Notes: generated by a model not told the origin, from the letters alone. A stretch of DNA of 32,000 nt from Mycolicibacterium smegmatis (GCF_001457595.1 NZ_LN831039.1:5250001-5282000); one strand, 5' to 3'; counted from the first letter of the stretch, positions 8,770 through 17,633 are shown. Program-made: numbers and translations.

Positions 8770-10197
8770 TCACCGGATATCGGCTGGCGCGTCATTTTGA
8801 CGGAAAACGTGGGGTACGCCGTTTCGCCGGGTCACCTCGGCGAACCACCGTGCGCTGGCCTTGGGCGTGCGGACCTGCGTGGCGTAATCGACGTGGATCA
8901 GGCCGAACCGCTTGGCGTAGCCGTACGCCCACTCGAAGTTGTCCAGCAGGCTCCACACGAAATAACCGCGGATGTCGGCACCATCGTCGATCGCCCGCAG
9001 TGTCGCCCGGAAGTGACTGTCCAGGAACGTTATTCGATCGTCATCGCGTATCGACCCGTCCGCTTCCGCGTCGTCGTCGAAGGCCGCCCCGTTCTCGGTC
9101 ACGTAGATCGGCACGGGTCCGTATTCGCGGTGTACCCAGCTGAGCACGTCGTAGAGTCCGGTCGGGTCGATCTCCCAGCCCATCGCCGTCGTCGGCAGGC
9201 CGGTGCGCACCGGTTCCACGTCGGTGCTGCCGACCCAGGCCCGCGCGTGCGGATTGTCCGACGGCGCTCCGGTGCCGGCCCGCACGGTTTCGCGGAAGTA
9301 GTAGTTGACACCGAGGAAGTCCAGCGGCGCGGCGATCACCGCCTCGTCCCCGGGCTGCACGAATCCGAAATCGCTGATCATCGCGACGTCGGCACTCAGG
9401 TCAGCGGGGTAGCGGCCCCGCAGCAGCGCATCGAGGAAGAGTCGATTGGAGACCGCGTCGACGCGGCGGGCGGCGTCGACGTCGGCAGGCTCTTCGGTGG
9501 CGGGAGAGACCGGGGTCAGGTTCACGGTGATGCCCAACTGCGAGTCGCCGTCTTGCGCGCGCATGGCCGCGACCGCGAGGCCGTGGCCGAACATCAGGTG
9601 GTGGGCGGCGACCAGCGCGGCTGCGGGCTCGGTGCGCCCCGGTGCGTGCGCGCCGGCCGCGTAACCCAGGAACGCCGAGCACCATGGCTCGTTGAGCGTG
9701 GTCCAGTGCCGGATCCTGTCGTGCAGTTTGCCGTGCGTCATGGCCGCGTAGTCGGCGAAGCGCTGCGCGGTGTCCCGCGCGGGCCACCCACCCGCGTCCT
9801 CGAGGGTCTGCGGCAGGTCCCAGTGGTACAGCGTCACCCATGGTTGGATGTCGTGCGCGAGCAACTCGTCTACCAGCCGCTGGTAGAAGTCCAGGCCTTC
9901 GGTGTTGATCGGTCCCTTTCCGTCGGGCTGCAGGCGCGGCCAGGCCAGCGAGAACCGGTAGTGCGTCACGCCGAGGTCGGCCAGCAGGCCGACGTCCTCG
10001 CGGTAGCGGTGGTAGTGGTCGTCCGCGACGTCGCCGTTGTCACCGTTGTGGACGGCTCCGGGCTTGTGCGAGAACGTATCCCAGATCGACGGAGCACGCC
10101 CACCCGCGGTGACCGCACCCTCGATCTGATAGCTGGCCGTCGCGGTTCCCCAGACAAATCCGTCAGGGAAGCCGAGCGTACGGTCGGGTTGGCTCAT
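8770..10197 (-). CDS. Glycoside hydrolase family 1 beta-glucosidase
   Basis: 475 aa. GH1 N-terminal signature FPDGFVWGTATASYQIEGA, acid/base motif TLNEPW and nucleophile motif YVTENGAAF. SD AGGAG lies 7 nt upstream of ATG 10197. Confidence 0.93.
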   Translation of the reverse strand: MSQPDRTLGFPDGFVWGTATASYQIEGAVTAGGRAPSIWDTFSHKPGAVHNGDNGDVADDHYHRYREDVGLLADLGVTHYRFSLAWPRLQPDGKGPINTEGLDFYQRLVDELLAHDIQPWVTLYHWDLPQTLEDAGGWPARDTAQRFADYAAMTHGKLHDRIRHWTTLNEPWCSAFLGYAAGAHAPGRTEPAAALVAAHHLMFGHGLAVAAMRAQDGDSQLGITVNLTPVSPATEEPADVDAARRVDAVSNRLFLDALLRGRYPADLSADVAMISDFGFVQPGDEAVIAAPLDFLGVNYYFRETVRAGTGAPSDNPHARAWVGSTDVEPVRTGLPTTAMGWEIDPTGLYDVLSWVHREYGPVPIYVTENGAAFDDDAEADGSIRDDDRITFLDSHFRATLRAIDDGADIRGYFVWSLLDNFEWAYGYAKRFGLIHVDYATQVRTPKASARWFAEVTRRNGVPHVFRQNDAPADIR

Positions 10198-10217
10198 GAA
10201 CTGCTCCTGTCGGAGGG

Positions 10218-11279
10218 CTACAGACGGGCGGTCGAACTCCGCGCGATCAACTGGGTGGCCAACTCGACGTGGTGTGAGTCGAGTTCGTCGCCGTCGGCGA
10301 GGCGCAGCGCGGTGCGCATGGCGACCGCCCCCATCTCCCGCAGCGGCTGACGGACCGTGGTCAGCGGTGGTGCCGACAACCTGGCCAACTGGGTGTCGTC
10401 GAAGCCGACGACGCTGAGGTCCTCGGGCACCCGCAGGCCCCGGGAGCGGGCGGCCTCGATCACCCCGAGCGCGGTCTCGTCGCTGGCCGCGAAGACCGCC
10501 GTCGGCGGTTCAGGGAGGTCGAGCAGCGCGGATCCTTCCCGAAGTCCGTTGTCGTAGAGGAAGTCTCCGGTGCGGACATAACCGTCGACGACGGCGGCGC
10601 CCGCCTCCTCCATCGCCGCCCGGTAGCCGTGCAGGCGGGCCTGGTTGCACGCAGCGGTCACCGGGCCGCCGACGTACGCGATCCGTCGGTGCCCGAGCGA
10701 CAGCAGGTGCTGGGTGGCGGCCAGTCCACCGGAGAAGTTGGTGGAGCCCACGCTGGTGATCCGCGTCGTCGGTTGGTTGAGCGGATCGATGACCACCAGG
10801 GGAAGTCCGAACCGGTGCAGCGCGGCGATATCCGCCTCGGGCAGTTCGTCGGCCACCGAGATCACCGCGCGCCTGCCCGCGGCCGCCAGGTCGGACACCC
10901 ACTGTGCCGTGCCGTCGCTGTCCCCCTCGTCATCGGGACGACGGCTCACGACCACGGCGACCCCGGCCGCGCAGCCTGCGTCGAGCAGACCCTGAACCAC
11001 CTCGATGCCGTAGGCGTTGAAGTCCTCGCGGAACAGCAGTTCGACTGTCGGCGGTCCCGGCCGGTCCGCGGACGCCGCGGCCAGGTCGCCGAGTTCGGTG
11101 CGCCGCGCGACGTAATGATGTTGCGCCAGCAGGGCCTTGACCCGCGAGCGGGTGGCCGGCGCCACGTCGGCACGGCCGTTGAGCACCTTGGACACCGTGG
11201 CTATCGAGACGCCGGCCGAGGCGGCGACAGTGGCCAGCGTCGCGCGTGAACCCGAGGCCTGGCCGACGCTCTCGGTCAT
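10218..11279 (-). CDS. LacI-family transcriptional regulator
   Basis: 353 aa. N-terminal HTH ([23 protein letters not shown]) plus a periplasmic-binding-protein-like sugar-binding core (VGFDD). ATG 11279 overlaps the stop of the upstream GH3 gene (ATGA). Confidence 0.92.
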   Translation of the reverse strand: MTESVGQASGSRATLATVAASAGVSIATVSKVLNGRADVAPATRSRVKALLAQHHYVARRTELGDLAAASADRPGPPTVELLFREDFNAYGIEVVQGLLDAGCAAGVAVVVSRRPDDEGDSDGTAQWVSDLAAAGRRAVISVADELPEADIAALHRFGLPLVVIDPLNQPTTRITSVGSTNFSGGLAATQHLLSLGHRRIAYVGGPVTAACNQARLHGYRAAMEEAGAAVVDGYVRTGDFLYDNGLREGSALLDLPEPPTAVFAASDETALGVIEAARSRGLRVPEDLSVVGFDDTQLARLSAPPLTTVRQPLREMGAVAMRTALRLADGDELDSHHVELATQLIARSSTARL

Positions 11280-13723
11280 CGCGGGTCCTCGGGTACCACG
11301 GTGACCGGGGTGAGCATGGTGCGGTCCGATCCGACCGTGCGGGTGGGCCCGGTCAGCCGGACGGTGCCGCGACAGGCGATGTCGGCGGCCGACGTTCCGA
11401 CCAGAAGATCCACTTGACCCGCCTCGACGATCCGGGTGAGGTCGCGCCCGGTGAACGCCGTGCGGTCGGCGTGCAGGCCGAACGTCACGGTCACCGCGGA
11501 CGCGGCAGGCACGGTCACGCGCGCATAGCCCATGAGCTGGCGGGTCGGGCGTGCCACCGAGGCCACCGGGTCTTCGAGATACAGCTGCACCACCTCGTCA
11601 CCGTCGCGGGGGCCGGTGTTGCGGACCCGCACGGACACGGTCCAGTCGCCATCGGTGGGCACCCGTTCGGAGCTGATACGCAGATCGTCGACCTCGAAGG
11701 TGGTGTAGCTGCGTCCGTACCCGAACGGGTACAGCGGCGTGGGGTCGACGCTGCTGACATCGGCGCCCAGCGTTCCCAGCGGCGGCTGCAGATAGGTGCC
11801 GGGCTGCCCGCCCGGGGTACGCGGAATCTGCACGGGGAGCTTGCCACCCGGCTGCACGCGTCCCGACAGCACGCCCGCGATCGCGGCCCCGCCTTCTTCA
11901 CCCGGCATGAACGCCTGGATAAGGCCGGCCGCCCGGCCTGCCACGGCGCCGAGTGCGTACGGCCGGCCGGACACCACCACCACGACGACGGGAACACCCG
12001 TCGCGAGCAGTTCTTCGAGCAGATCGGCCTGGACACCGGGCAGCCGTAGGTCCTCGGCGTCGCTGCCCTCCCCCGACGAACCGTTTCCGAACATTCCCGC
12101 GAGGTCACCGACCACGGCGATGCACAGATCCGCGGATTTCGCGGCGTCGACCGCGGCGGTGAAACCGGACCGGTCGGGGTCCTGCACTCCGCAGCCCTGC
12201 TCGTAGCGGATCTGCGCGCCGGAGAGTTCGTCTGCAAGCGCATCCACGACGGTGGGCACCGCCACGCCGAGCCCGCGCCCCGGGTAGCGGGGCAGCACGT
12301 GGTTGGGAAATGCGTAGCAGCCCATGAATGTTCGCGCGTCAGCCGCGCACGGGCCGACGACGGCGATCCGGCCGGGCGCTTGTGTGCCCGGCCCGTCGAG
12401 CGGGAGGGCACTGCCGGCGTCCAGCAGGATGACGGAGCGTTCGGCCAGGCGGCGCGCGATGTCTCGGTTGGCGGGCGCGTCGAGGTCGGTCTCGGCGGCG
12501 CCGGCCACCGATGCCTCCGGGGTCCAGCCGGGATCCAGGAGGCCCAGCTGGACCTTCTGCAGCAGCAGCCGCCGCACGGCCCGGTCGACGAACTCGACCG
12601 GTAGCTGGCCGTTGCGGACGCGCTCGACGATGTTGGTGCCGAAACCGACCGTGTCGGGCAGTTCGACATCGACGCCCGCCGCGAGCGCCGCGGCGCCGGA
12701 CTCGTCGGCATCTGCCGCCACGCGGTGCATCATGGCCAAGAACGGCACGGACCAGTAGTCGGAGACCACGGTGCCGCGGAAACCCCATTGCCCACGCAGC
12801 ACGTCGGTGAGCAGCCAGGCGTCGGCAGATGCCGGAACTCCGTCGATGTCGTTGTATGCGCTCATCACCGAGCCCGCGCCCGCGACGGTGACCGCGACCT
12901 CGAACGGCGGGAAGATGACGTCGGCGAGCTCACGCCTGCCCATCGGCACCGGCGCGTGGTTGCGTCCGGCGCGGGATGCCGAGTAACCGGCAAAATGCTT
13001 GAGGGTGGCGATCACTCCCGCACTCTGCAACCCTTCGATGTACGCCGCGCCGAGAGTGGACACGACGTAGGGGTCTTCACCCATCGTCTCTTCCACGCGG
13101 CCCCAGCGGTAGTCGCGCACCACGTCCAGGACCGGTGAAAGCCCTTGGTGCACACCGAGAGCAGCCATGTCGCGGCCGATCGCCGCAGCCATCTCCCGCA
13201 CCAGCGGCGGGTCGAAGGTGGCGCCCCACGCGATGGCGGCGGGGTACACCGTGGCACCGTACGCGGTGAAACCGGTCAGGCACTCCTCGTGAACCAGTGC
13301 CGGGATGTCCAACCGCGACTGTTCGAGCACGGTGCGCTGCTGGCGCATCAGTTCGGCGGCGCCTTCGGCGGGGGTGACGGGACGGCTGCCGTAGACCCGG
13401 GTGAGATGGCCCAGGCCGTGGCGGGCGGCCTCATGCAGCGGGACCGAGCCTGACAACGCGAAGGCGTCCTCCATCGGCGCGACGTTGAGTGAGGCCTCCT
13501 GCTCTGCGGTCTCGGCAAAGTCATGCGCATCGCGATCGTCTTCGCGGGTGCCCCGGTCGTTGCTCACCCAGCGACTGCCCAACTGGGCGACCTTCTCCTC
13601 GAGGCTCAGTTCGGCCAGGAGCAATTCCACCCGTTCGGCTGCCGGGAGCGTGGTGTCGTGCCATGGTTTCAGGACGGTCCCGGCGCCAGCAGAATTCTGC
13701 TCGGCCGGTCGTAGTGACGTCAC
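11276..13723 (-). CDS. Glycoside hydrolase family 3 beta-glucosidase / exo-glucanase
   Basis: The track ORF (to 13945) was trimmed to GTG 13723, which has GGAAAGGA 9 nt upstream. Upstream of that point the ORF crosses the AT-rich promoter region. GH3 nucleophile region GFRGTVVSDYWS. C-terminal Fn3-like segment YPFGYGRSYTTF. Confidence 0.85.
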   Translation of the reverse strand: MTSLRPAEQNSAGAGTVLKPWHDTTLPAAERVELLLAELSLEEKVAQLGSRWVSNDRGTREDDRDAHDFAETAEQEASLNVAPMEDAFALSGSVPLHEAARHGLGHLTRVYGSRPVTPAEGAAELMRQQRTVLEQSRLDIPALVHEECLTGFTAYGATVYPAAIAWGATFDPPLVREMAAAIGRDMAALGVHQGLSPVLDVVRDYRWGRVEETMGEDPYVVSTLGAAYIEGLQSAGVIATLKHFAGYSASRAGRNHAPVPMGRRELADVIFPPFEVAVTVAGAGSVMSAYNDIDGVPASADAWLLTDVLRGQWGFRGTVVSDYWSVPFLAMMHRVAADADESGAAALAAGVDVELPDTVGFGTNIVERVRNGQLPVEFVDRAVRRLLLQKVQLGLLDPGWTPEASVAGAAETDLDAPANRDIARRLAERSVILLDAGSALPLDGPGTQAPGRIAVVGPCAADARTFMGCYAFPNHVLPRYPGRGLGVAVPTVVDALADELSGAQIRYEQGCGVQDPDRSGFTAAVDAAKSADLCIAVVGDLAGMFGNGSSGEGSDAEDLRLPGVQADLLEELLATGVPVVVVVVSGRPYALGAVAGRAAGLIQAFMPGEEGGAAIAGVLSGRVQPGGKLPVQIPRTPGGQPGTYLQPPLGTLGADVSSVDPTPLYPFGYGRSYTTFEVDDLRISSERVPTDGDWTVSVRVRNTGPRDGDEVVQLYLEDPVASVARPTRQLMGYARVTVPAASAVTVTFGLHADRTAFTGRDLTRIVEAGQVDLLVGTSAADIACRGTVRLTGPTRTVGSDRTMLTPVTVVPEDPR

Positions 13724-13759
13724 GAGACGGTCCTTTCCGGCTGTGAAAAAAATTGAACC

Positions 13760-13773
13760 TCGAAAAGTTTCGA
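13760..13773. promoter_or_regulatory. Candidate operator: imperfect 14-bp palindrome TCGAAAAGTTTCGA
   Basis: Read directly from the sequence. It lies in the leader of the GH3-lacI-GH1 transcript, 37 nt upstream of GTG 13723. It is a near copy of the palindrome at 13947-13960. Confidence 0.45.
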
Positions 13774-13808
13774 TTTGTTCGGGCTGCCCAACAGCGAATC
13801 CCGATACA

Positions 13809-13837
13809 AATGTAATAGCACTAAAACAGGCTTCCAA
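13809..13837 (-). promoter_or_regulatory. Candidate promoter for the GH3/LacI/GH1 transcript
   Basis: On the minus strand: TTGGAA (13837-13832), a 17-nt spacer, then TACATT (13814-13809), which fits mycobacterial TANNNT. Would give a leader of about 79 nt. Confidence 0.4.
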
Positions 13838-13898
13838 CAACATGTTTGCCAAATCTGCCCGCTGCTGACCGGCACGCATAAGCCGCCAAAAGTCGCTA

Positions 13899-13927
13899 TT
13901 GACACCGATAAAACCGAAAATTATGTT
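13899..13927 (+). promoter_or_regulatory. Candidate SigA-type promoter for the sugar ABC uptake operon
   Basis: TTGACA (13899-13904), a 17-nt spacer, then TATGTT (13922-13927). Predicted TSS is near 13934-13935. Confidence 0.5.
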
Positions 13928-13946
13928 GAGTTTTGCGGTCATCATT

Positions 13947-13970
13947 TCGAAAATTTTCGAGACGTCTCGA
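13947..13970. promoter_or_regulatory. Candidate composite operator: two overlapping perfect 14-bp palindromes
   Basis: TCGAAAATTTTCGA (13947-13960) and TCGAGACGTCTCGA (13957-13970) share a TCGA. They lie at about +13 to +36 of the predicted ABC-operon promoter. The second has the central CG typical of LacI-family operators. Confidence 0.5.
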
Positions 13971-14031
13971 TGACCCGCTCTCGGAAAACCGACACGCCGC
14001 GACGGCGCGGCCCGTACGTACGGAGCTGAGC

Positions 14032-15417
14032 GTGGATCTCAAATCTGTCGACGCCAATGTTGTTGAGTCCAAGGCTGATTTCTTGCCGAGCACGTCCCGC
14101 AGGGCCTTTCTGGCCGCCGCGCTCAGCGTGCCGCTGCTCGGTGCGCTCGCCGCGTGTGGAAGCTCAGGGCCCAGTCGGTCGGGCGGGGGCGGAGGCGGCG
14201 CGCCAGGAGCGGCGTCGTACTGGTTTCTCAGCTCCCAACCGCAGGAGTCCATCCGCACCGCCGCGGTGGAGCGCTTCAACCAGGCCAACCCCGACCAGCA
14301 GATCCAGTACACCGCATTCCAGAACGACGCCTACAAGACCAAGATCAAGACCGCCGTCGGCGCCGGGCAGGCCCCCACGATCATCTTCGGTTGGGGCGGC
14401 GGCACTTTGCGCAGCTACGTCGACGCGGGCCAGGTCGACGACCTGACATCGTGGTTCGACGAGAACCCGGCGGTCAAAGACCGGTTGTTCCCCACGGCTT
14501 TCGGGCCCGCGACCATCGACGGCAGGATCTACGCGATGCCCACCGAGGTGGTTCAGCCCGTCGTCCTCTACTACAACAAGGAAGTTTTCGACAAGGTCGG
14601 TGCGGCGCCGCCCCAGAGCTGGGGCGACATCATGGATCTGGTGCCGAAGTTCAACGCCGCAGGCGTGGCGCCCATCTCGCTTGCGGGCCAGTCCCGGTGG
14701 CCCGAGATGATGTGGCTGGAGTTCCTGTTCGACCGGCTGGGTGGACCCGAGGTGTTCGAGGCGGCCTACGAGGGCGAGCACAACGCCTGGTCGCATCCCG
14801 CGGCGATCGATGCGCTGACCAAGGTGCAGGAGTTGATCAAGGCCGACGGTTTCGTCAGGGGATTCTCCTCTGTCACGCCAGATTCCAACGCCGATCAGGC
14901 CCTGCTGTACACGGGTAAGGCCGCCATGATGCTGCAAGGCAGCTGGACCTACGGCGGAATGGCCACCGACGGCGGTGATTTCGTGTCCAGCGGCAAATTG
15001 GGCTACATGAACTTCCCACCCGTCGACGGGGGCACCGGCGACCCGTCGACCACCGTGGGCAACCCCGCTCAGTACCTGTCGATCTACTCGAAGGCCACCG
15101 ACGAGCAGAAGGAGGTGGCCAAGAAGTTCCTCAGCACGGCGGTCCTGTCGGACCAGGAGATCAAGGAGTGGATCGACATCGGCAGTGTGCCGATCGTGCA
15201 GGGAACGCAGGGCCAGCTGGCCGGCTCGGACGACGCCGATTTCCTGGAGTTCATCTACCGCGTGTCCACCGAGGCCAAGACGTTCGGGCAGTCGTGGGAC
15301 CAGGCATTGTCACCGACGGCCGCCGAAACGCTGCTCGACAACATCGCCAAGCTGTTCCAGCTCTCGATCAGCCCACAGCAGTTCGCCGACAACATGAACC
15401 AGGCCACCAGCAGATGA
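14032..15417 (+). CDS. ABC transporter extracellular sugar-binding lipoprotein
   Basis: The track ORF (from 13933) was trimmed to GTG 14032, which has GGAG 6 nt upstream. Signal sequence SRRAFLAAALSVPLLGALAAC carries a lipobox (LAAC). The body resembles family-1 sugar-binding proteins. Confidence 0.85.
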   Translation: MDLKSVDANVVESKADFLPSTSRRAFLAAALSVPLLGALAACGSSGPSRSGGGGGGAPGAASYWFLSSQPQESIRTAAVERFNQANPDQQIQYTAFQNDAYKTKIKTAVGAGQAPTIIFGWGGGTLRSYVDAGQVDDLTSWFDENPAVKDRLFPTAFGPATIDGRIYAMPTEVVQPVVLYYNKEVFDKVGAAPPQSWGDIMDLVPKFNAAGVAPISLAGQSRWPEMMWLEFLFDRLGGPEVFEAAYEGEHNAWSHPAAIDALTKVQELIKADGFVRGFSSVTPDSNADQALLYTGKAAMMLQGSWTYGGMATDGGDFVSSGKLGYMNFPPVDGGTGDPSTTVGNPAQYLSIYSKATDEQKEVAKKFLSTAVLSDQEIKEWIDIGSVPIVQGTQGQLAGSDDADFLEFIYRVSTEAKTFGQSWDQALSPTAAETLLDNIAKLFQLSISPQQFADNMNQATSR

Positions 15418-16334
15418 CTTCGGCAACAACCGGATTCCGTCGTCAACAGGGCCACCCGCGCTCCGTACGGGACGTCCGCGTCGGGTACCTCGCCGTACCC
15501 GCCCTGGTGTTCTTCGTCGCGTTCGCCGTGATCCCCCTCGTCGGGGTTCTGCTGCTGAGCTTCACCCAGTGGGACGGCATCGGGCCCATCCAGCCTGCCG
15601 GATTGTCCAGCTGGCAGTCCGTGCTCACGGACCCGTCTCTGCCACACACCATCTGGGTGACGTTCCTGCTGATGGCGTTGTCGTGGGCGGTGCAGACGCC
15701 GGCCAGCCTGCTCATCGGCGCGTTTCTCGCCGGCCGCCAGCGGTACCGGGAATGGCTCGCGGTGTTCTACTTCATCCCGTTGCTGCTGAGCTCGGCCGCC
15801 ATCGCGATCACCTACAAGGCGCTGCTGGACCCGAATTTCGGGCTCGGTGTGGGGCTGGGCATTCCGCTGCTGAGCCAGGACTGGCTCGGTAAGGACGGAT
15901 TGGCGCTGGGCGTGGTGATCTTCATCGTGTCGTGGCAGTTCGTGCCGTTCCACTCGCTGATCTACCAGGGCGCCATCCAGCAGATCCCGCGGTCGATGTA
16001 CGAGGCCGCGCAACTCGACGGTGCGGGCCGGTGCCGCCAGTTCTTCTCCATCACGCTGCCCCAGATGCGCCACACGATGGTCACGTCGTCCACGCTCATG
16101 GTGATCGGCTCGCTGACCTTCTTCGACCTGATCTTCGTGCTCACCGGCGGCGGACCCGGCGACGCCACCCGTGTGCTCGCACTCGACATGTACCGACGTG
16201 GGTTCCAGGCCAACCTCATGGGCCCGGCCAGCGTGATCGCCGTGATCCTGGTGGTCGTCGGCCTGGTCATCGCGCTGGTGCTACGCCGCCTGGGCGGGGG
16301 TGCTCCGTCCGAGAGCCGATTGGACGGTGCCTGA
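15414..16334 (+). CDS. Sugar ABC transporter permease (MalF/UgpA-like)
   Basis: ATG 15414 overlaps the binding-protein stop (ATGA). 306 aa with 6 TM helices. EAA-loop region YEAAQLDGAGRCRQFFSITLP. Confidence 0.9.
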   Translation: MTSATTGFRRQQGHPRSVRDVRVGYLAVPALVFFVAFAVIPLVGVLLLSFTQWDGIGPIQPAGLSSWQSVLTDPSLPHTIWVTFLLMALSWAVQTPASLLIGAFLAGRQRYREWLAVFYFIPLLLSSAAIAITYKALLDPNFGLGVGLGIPLLSQDWLGKDGLALGVVIFIVSWQFVPFHSLIYQGAIQQIPRSMYEAAQLDGAGRCRQFFSITLPQMRHTMVTSSTLMVIGSLTFFDLIFVLTGGGPGDATRVLALDMYRRGFQANLMGPASVIAVILVVVGLVIALVLRRLGGGAPSESRLDGA

Positions 16335-16335
16335 G

Positions 16336-17235
16336 ATGGCTGCGACCCTGACCACCGGACCCCACCGGATCGCGACTCCGCCCGCACGGCCCAAGCGACA
16401 ACCTCTGCGGGTGCGCCGAGGCGAGCGACCCAATTGGGTCGGTGCGGTCATCTCGTGTGTGTGGCTGGCGATCATCATGGTCCCGATCTACTGGATCGTG
16501 ATCACCAGCCTGAAGAGCCAGTCCAACTACTTCGCCACCAACCCGTTGCTGCCCTCTCCGGAATCGAACTTCGAGCAGTACGTCTTCGTCGCCCAGTCCG
16601 GTTTCCCGCGCTACTTCCTCAACAGCGTCGTCGTCGCCGCCGGGACCGTGGTGCCCACGGTCCTGCTGGCGTTCATGGCGGCGTACGCGATCGTTCGAGG
16701 CAACGGACGGTTCCTTCGCTGGGCCAACGTGATCTTCCTGTCCGGACTGGCGATCCCGTTGCAGGCCGTGGTGATCCCCGTGTACCTGATCATCATCAGG
16801 CTCCACCTCTACGACACGCTGCTCGCGATCATCCTGCCCTCCATCGCATTTGCCATTCCGCTGTCGGTGCTGGTGCTGGCGAACTTCATCCGGGACGTGC
16901 CCGGGGAACTGTTCGAGTCGATGAGCATCGACGGTGCGAGTGAGTGGTCCACGTTGTGGCAGCTCGCCTTTCCGATGGCGCGGCCCGCTCTGGTCACGGT
17001 TGCGGTGTACAACGGCCTCACGGTGTGGAACGGCTTTCTTTTGCCACTGGTGCTCACCCAGAGCCCCGATCAGCGGACCCTGCCGCTGGCCCTGTGGTCG
17101 TTCCAGGGCCAGTACAGCGTCAACGTGCCCGCGGTCATGGCGTCGGTGGTGCTCAGCACCTTCCCGGTGGTCGTGCTCTACGTGCTGGGCCGCCGCCAGC
17201 TGGTCAGCGGCCTGACGGCGGGGTTCAGCAAGTGA
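16336..17235 (+). CDS. Sugar ABC transporter permease (MalG/UgpE-like)
   Basis: ATG 16336 lies 1 nt after the previous stop. 299 aa with 6 TM helices. EAA-loop region FESMSIDGASEWSTLWQLAFP. Confidence 0.9.
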   Translation: MAATLTTGPHRIATPPARPKRQPLRVRRGERPNWVGAVISCVWLAIIMVPIYWIVITSLKSQSNYFATNPLLPSPESNFEQYVFVAQSGFPRYFLNSVVVAAGTVVPTVLLAFMAAYAIVRGNGRFLRWANVIFLSGLAIPLQAVVIPVYLIIIRLHLYDTLLAIILPSIAFAIPLSVLVLANFIRDVPGELFESMSIDGASEWSTLWQLAFPMARPALVTVAVYNGLTVWNGFLLPLVLTQSPDQRTLPLALWSFQGQYSVNVPAVMASVVLSTFPVVVLYVLGRRQLVSGLTAGFSK

Positions 17236-17240
17236 GGGAT

Positions 17241-17633
17241 CTACCGTCCTGACAGGGCGGCGACCAGATCGGGCACCCACGCCCGATCGGCGGGAACCCA
17301 TGCGATGCCGTCGATTTCGTCGGCACCCACCCATCGCAACGCGCGGTGGTCATGGGGATGCGGGCTTCCCGAGCGCAGGGTGACCCGGTAGGCGCGCAGT
17401 GTCATGGCGTCGTTGAGCGCGACGTCGGCACCGAGGCGCTCCCCCACCGCGACGTCGACGCCGAGTTCCTCGCGGAGTTCGCGTGCCAGCGCGTCGGCGT
17501 CGCTCTCCCCGGGCGTCACCTTTCCGCCAGGAAGTTCCCACAGCCCCGCCAGCTCGGCCGGGCGGTCACGCTGGGCGACCAGCAGTGTCCCACGCGAGAT
17601 CAGCGCCCCGGCCACCACGATCTGCTTTGTCAT
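17241..17633 (-). CDS. mutT2: NUDIX hydrolase, MutT2-like (d)NTP pyrophosphohydrolase
   Basis: 130 aa. Nudix box GLWELPGGKVTPGESDADALARELREELGV. Its position next to phhB/pimE matches the M. tuberculosis Rv1160 neighbourhood (from memory). Confidence 0.8.
   Translation of the reverse strand: MTKQIVVAGALISRGTLLVAQRDRPAELAGLWELPGGKVTPGESDADALARELREELGVDVAVGERLGADVALNDAMTLRAYRVTLRSGSPHPHDHRALRWVGADEIDGIAWVPADRAWVPDLVAALSGR

Noticed and set aside
13724-13945. N-terminal extension of the GH3 ORF to 13945, and the TTG 13933 start of the binding-protein ORF.
   Set aside because: Both extensions run through the AT-rich promoter/operator region and encode atypical peptides. Internal GTG starts with SDs (13723 and 14032) give proteins that begin at the expected family N-terminus or signal peptide.
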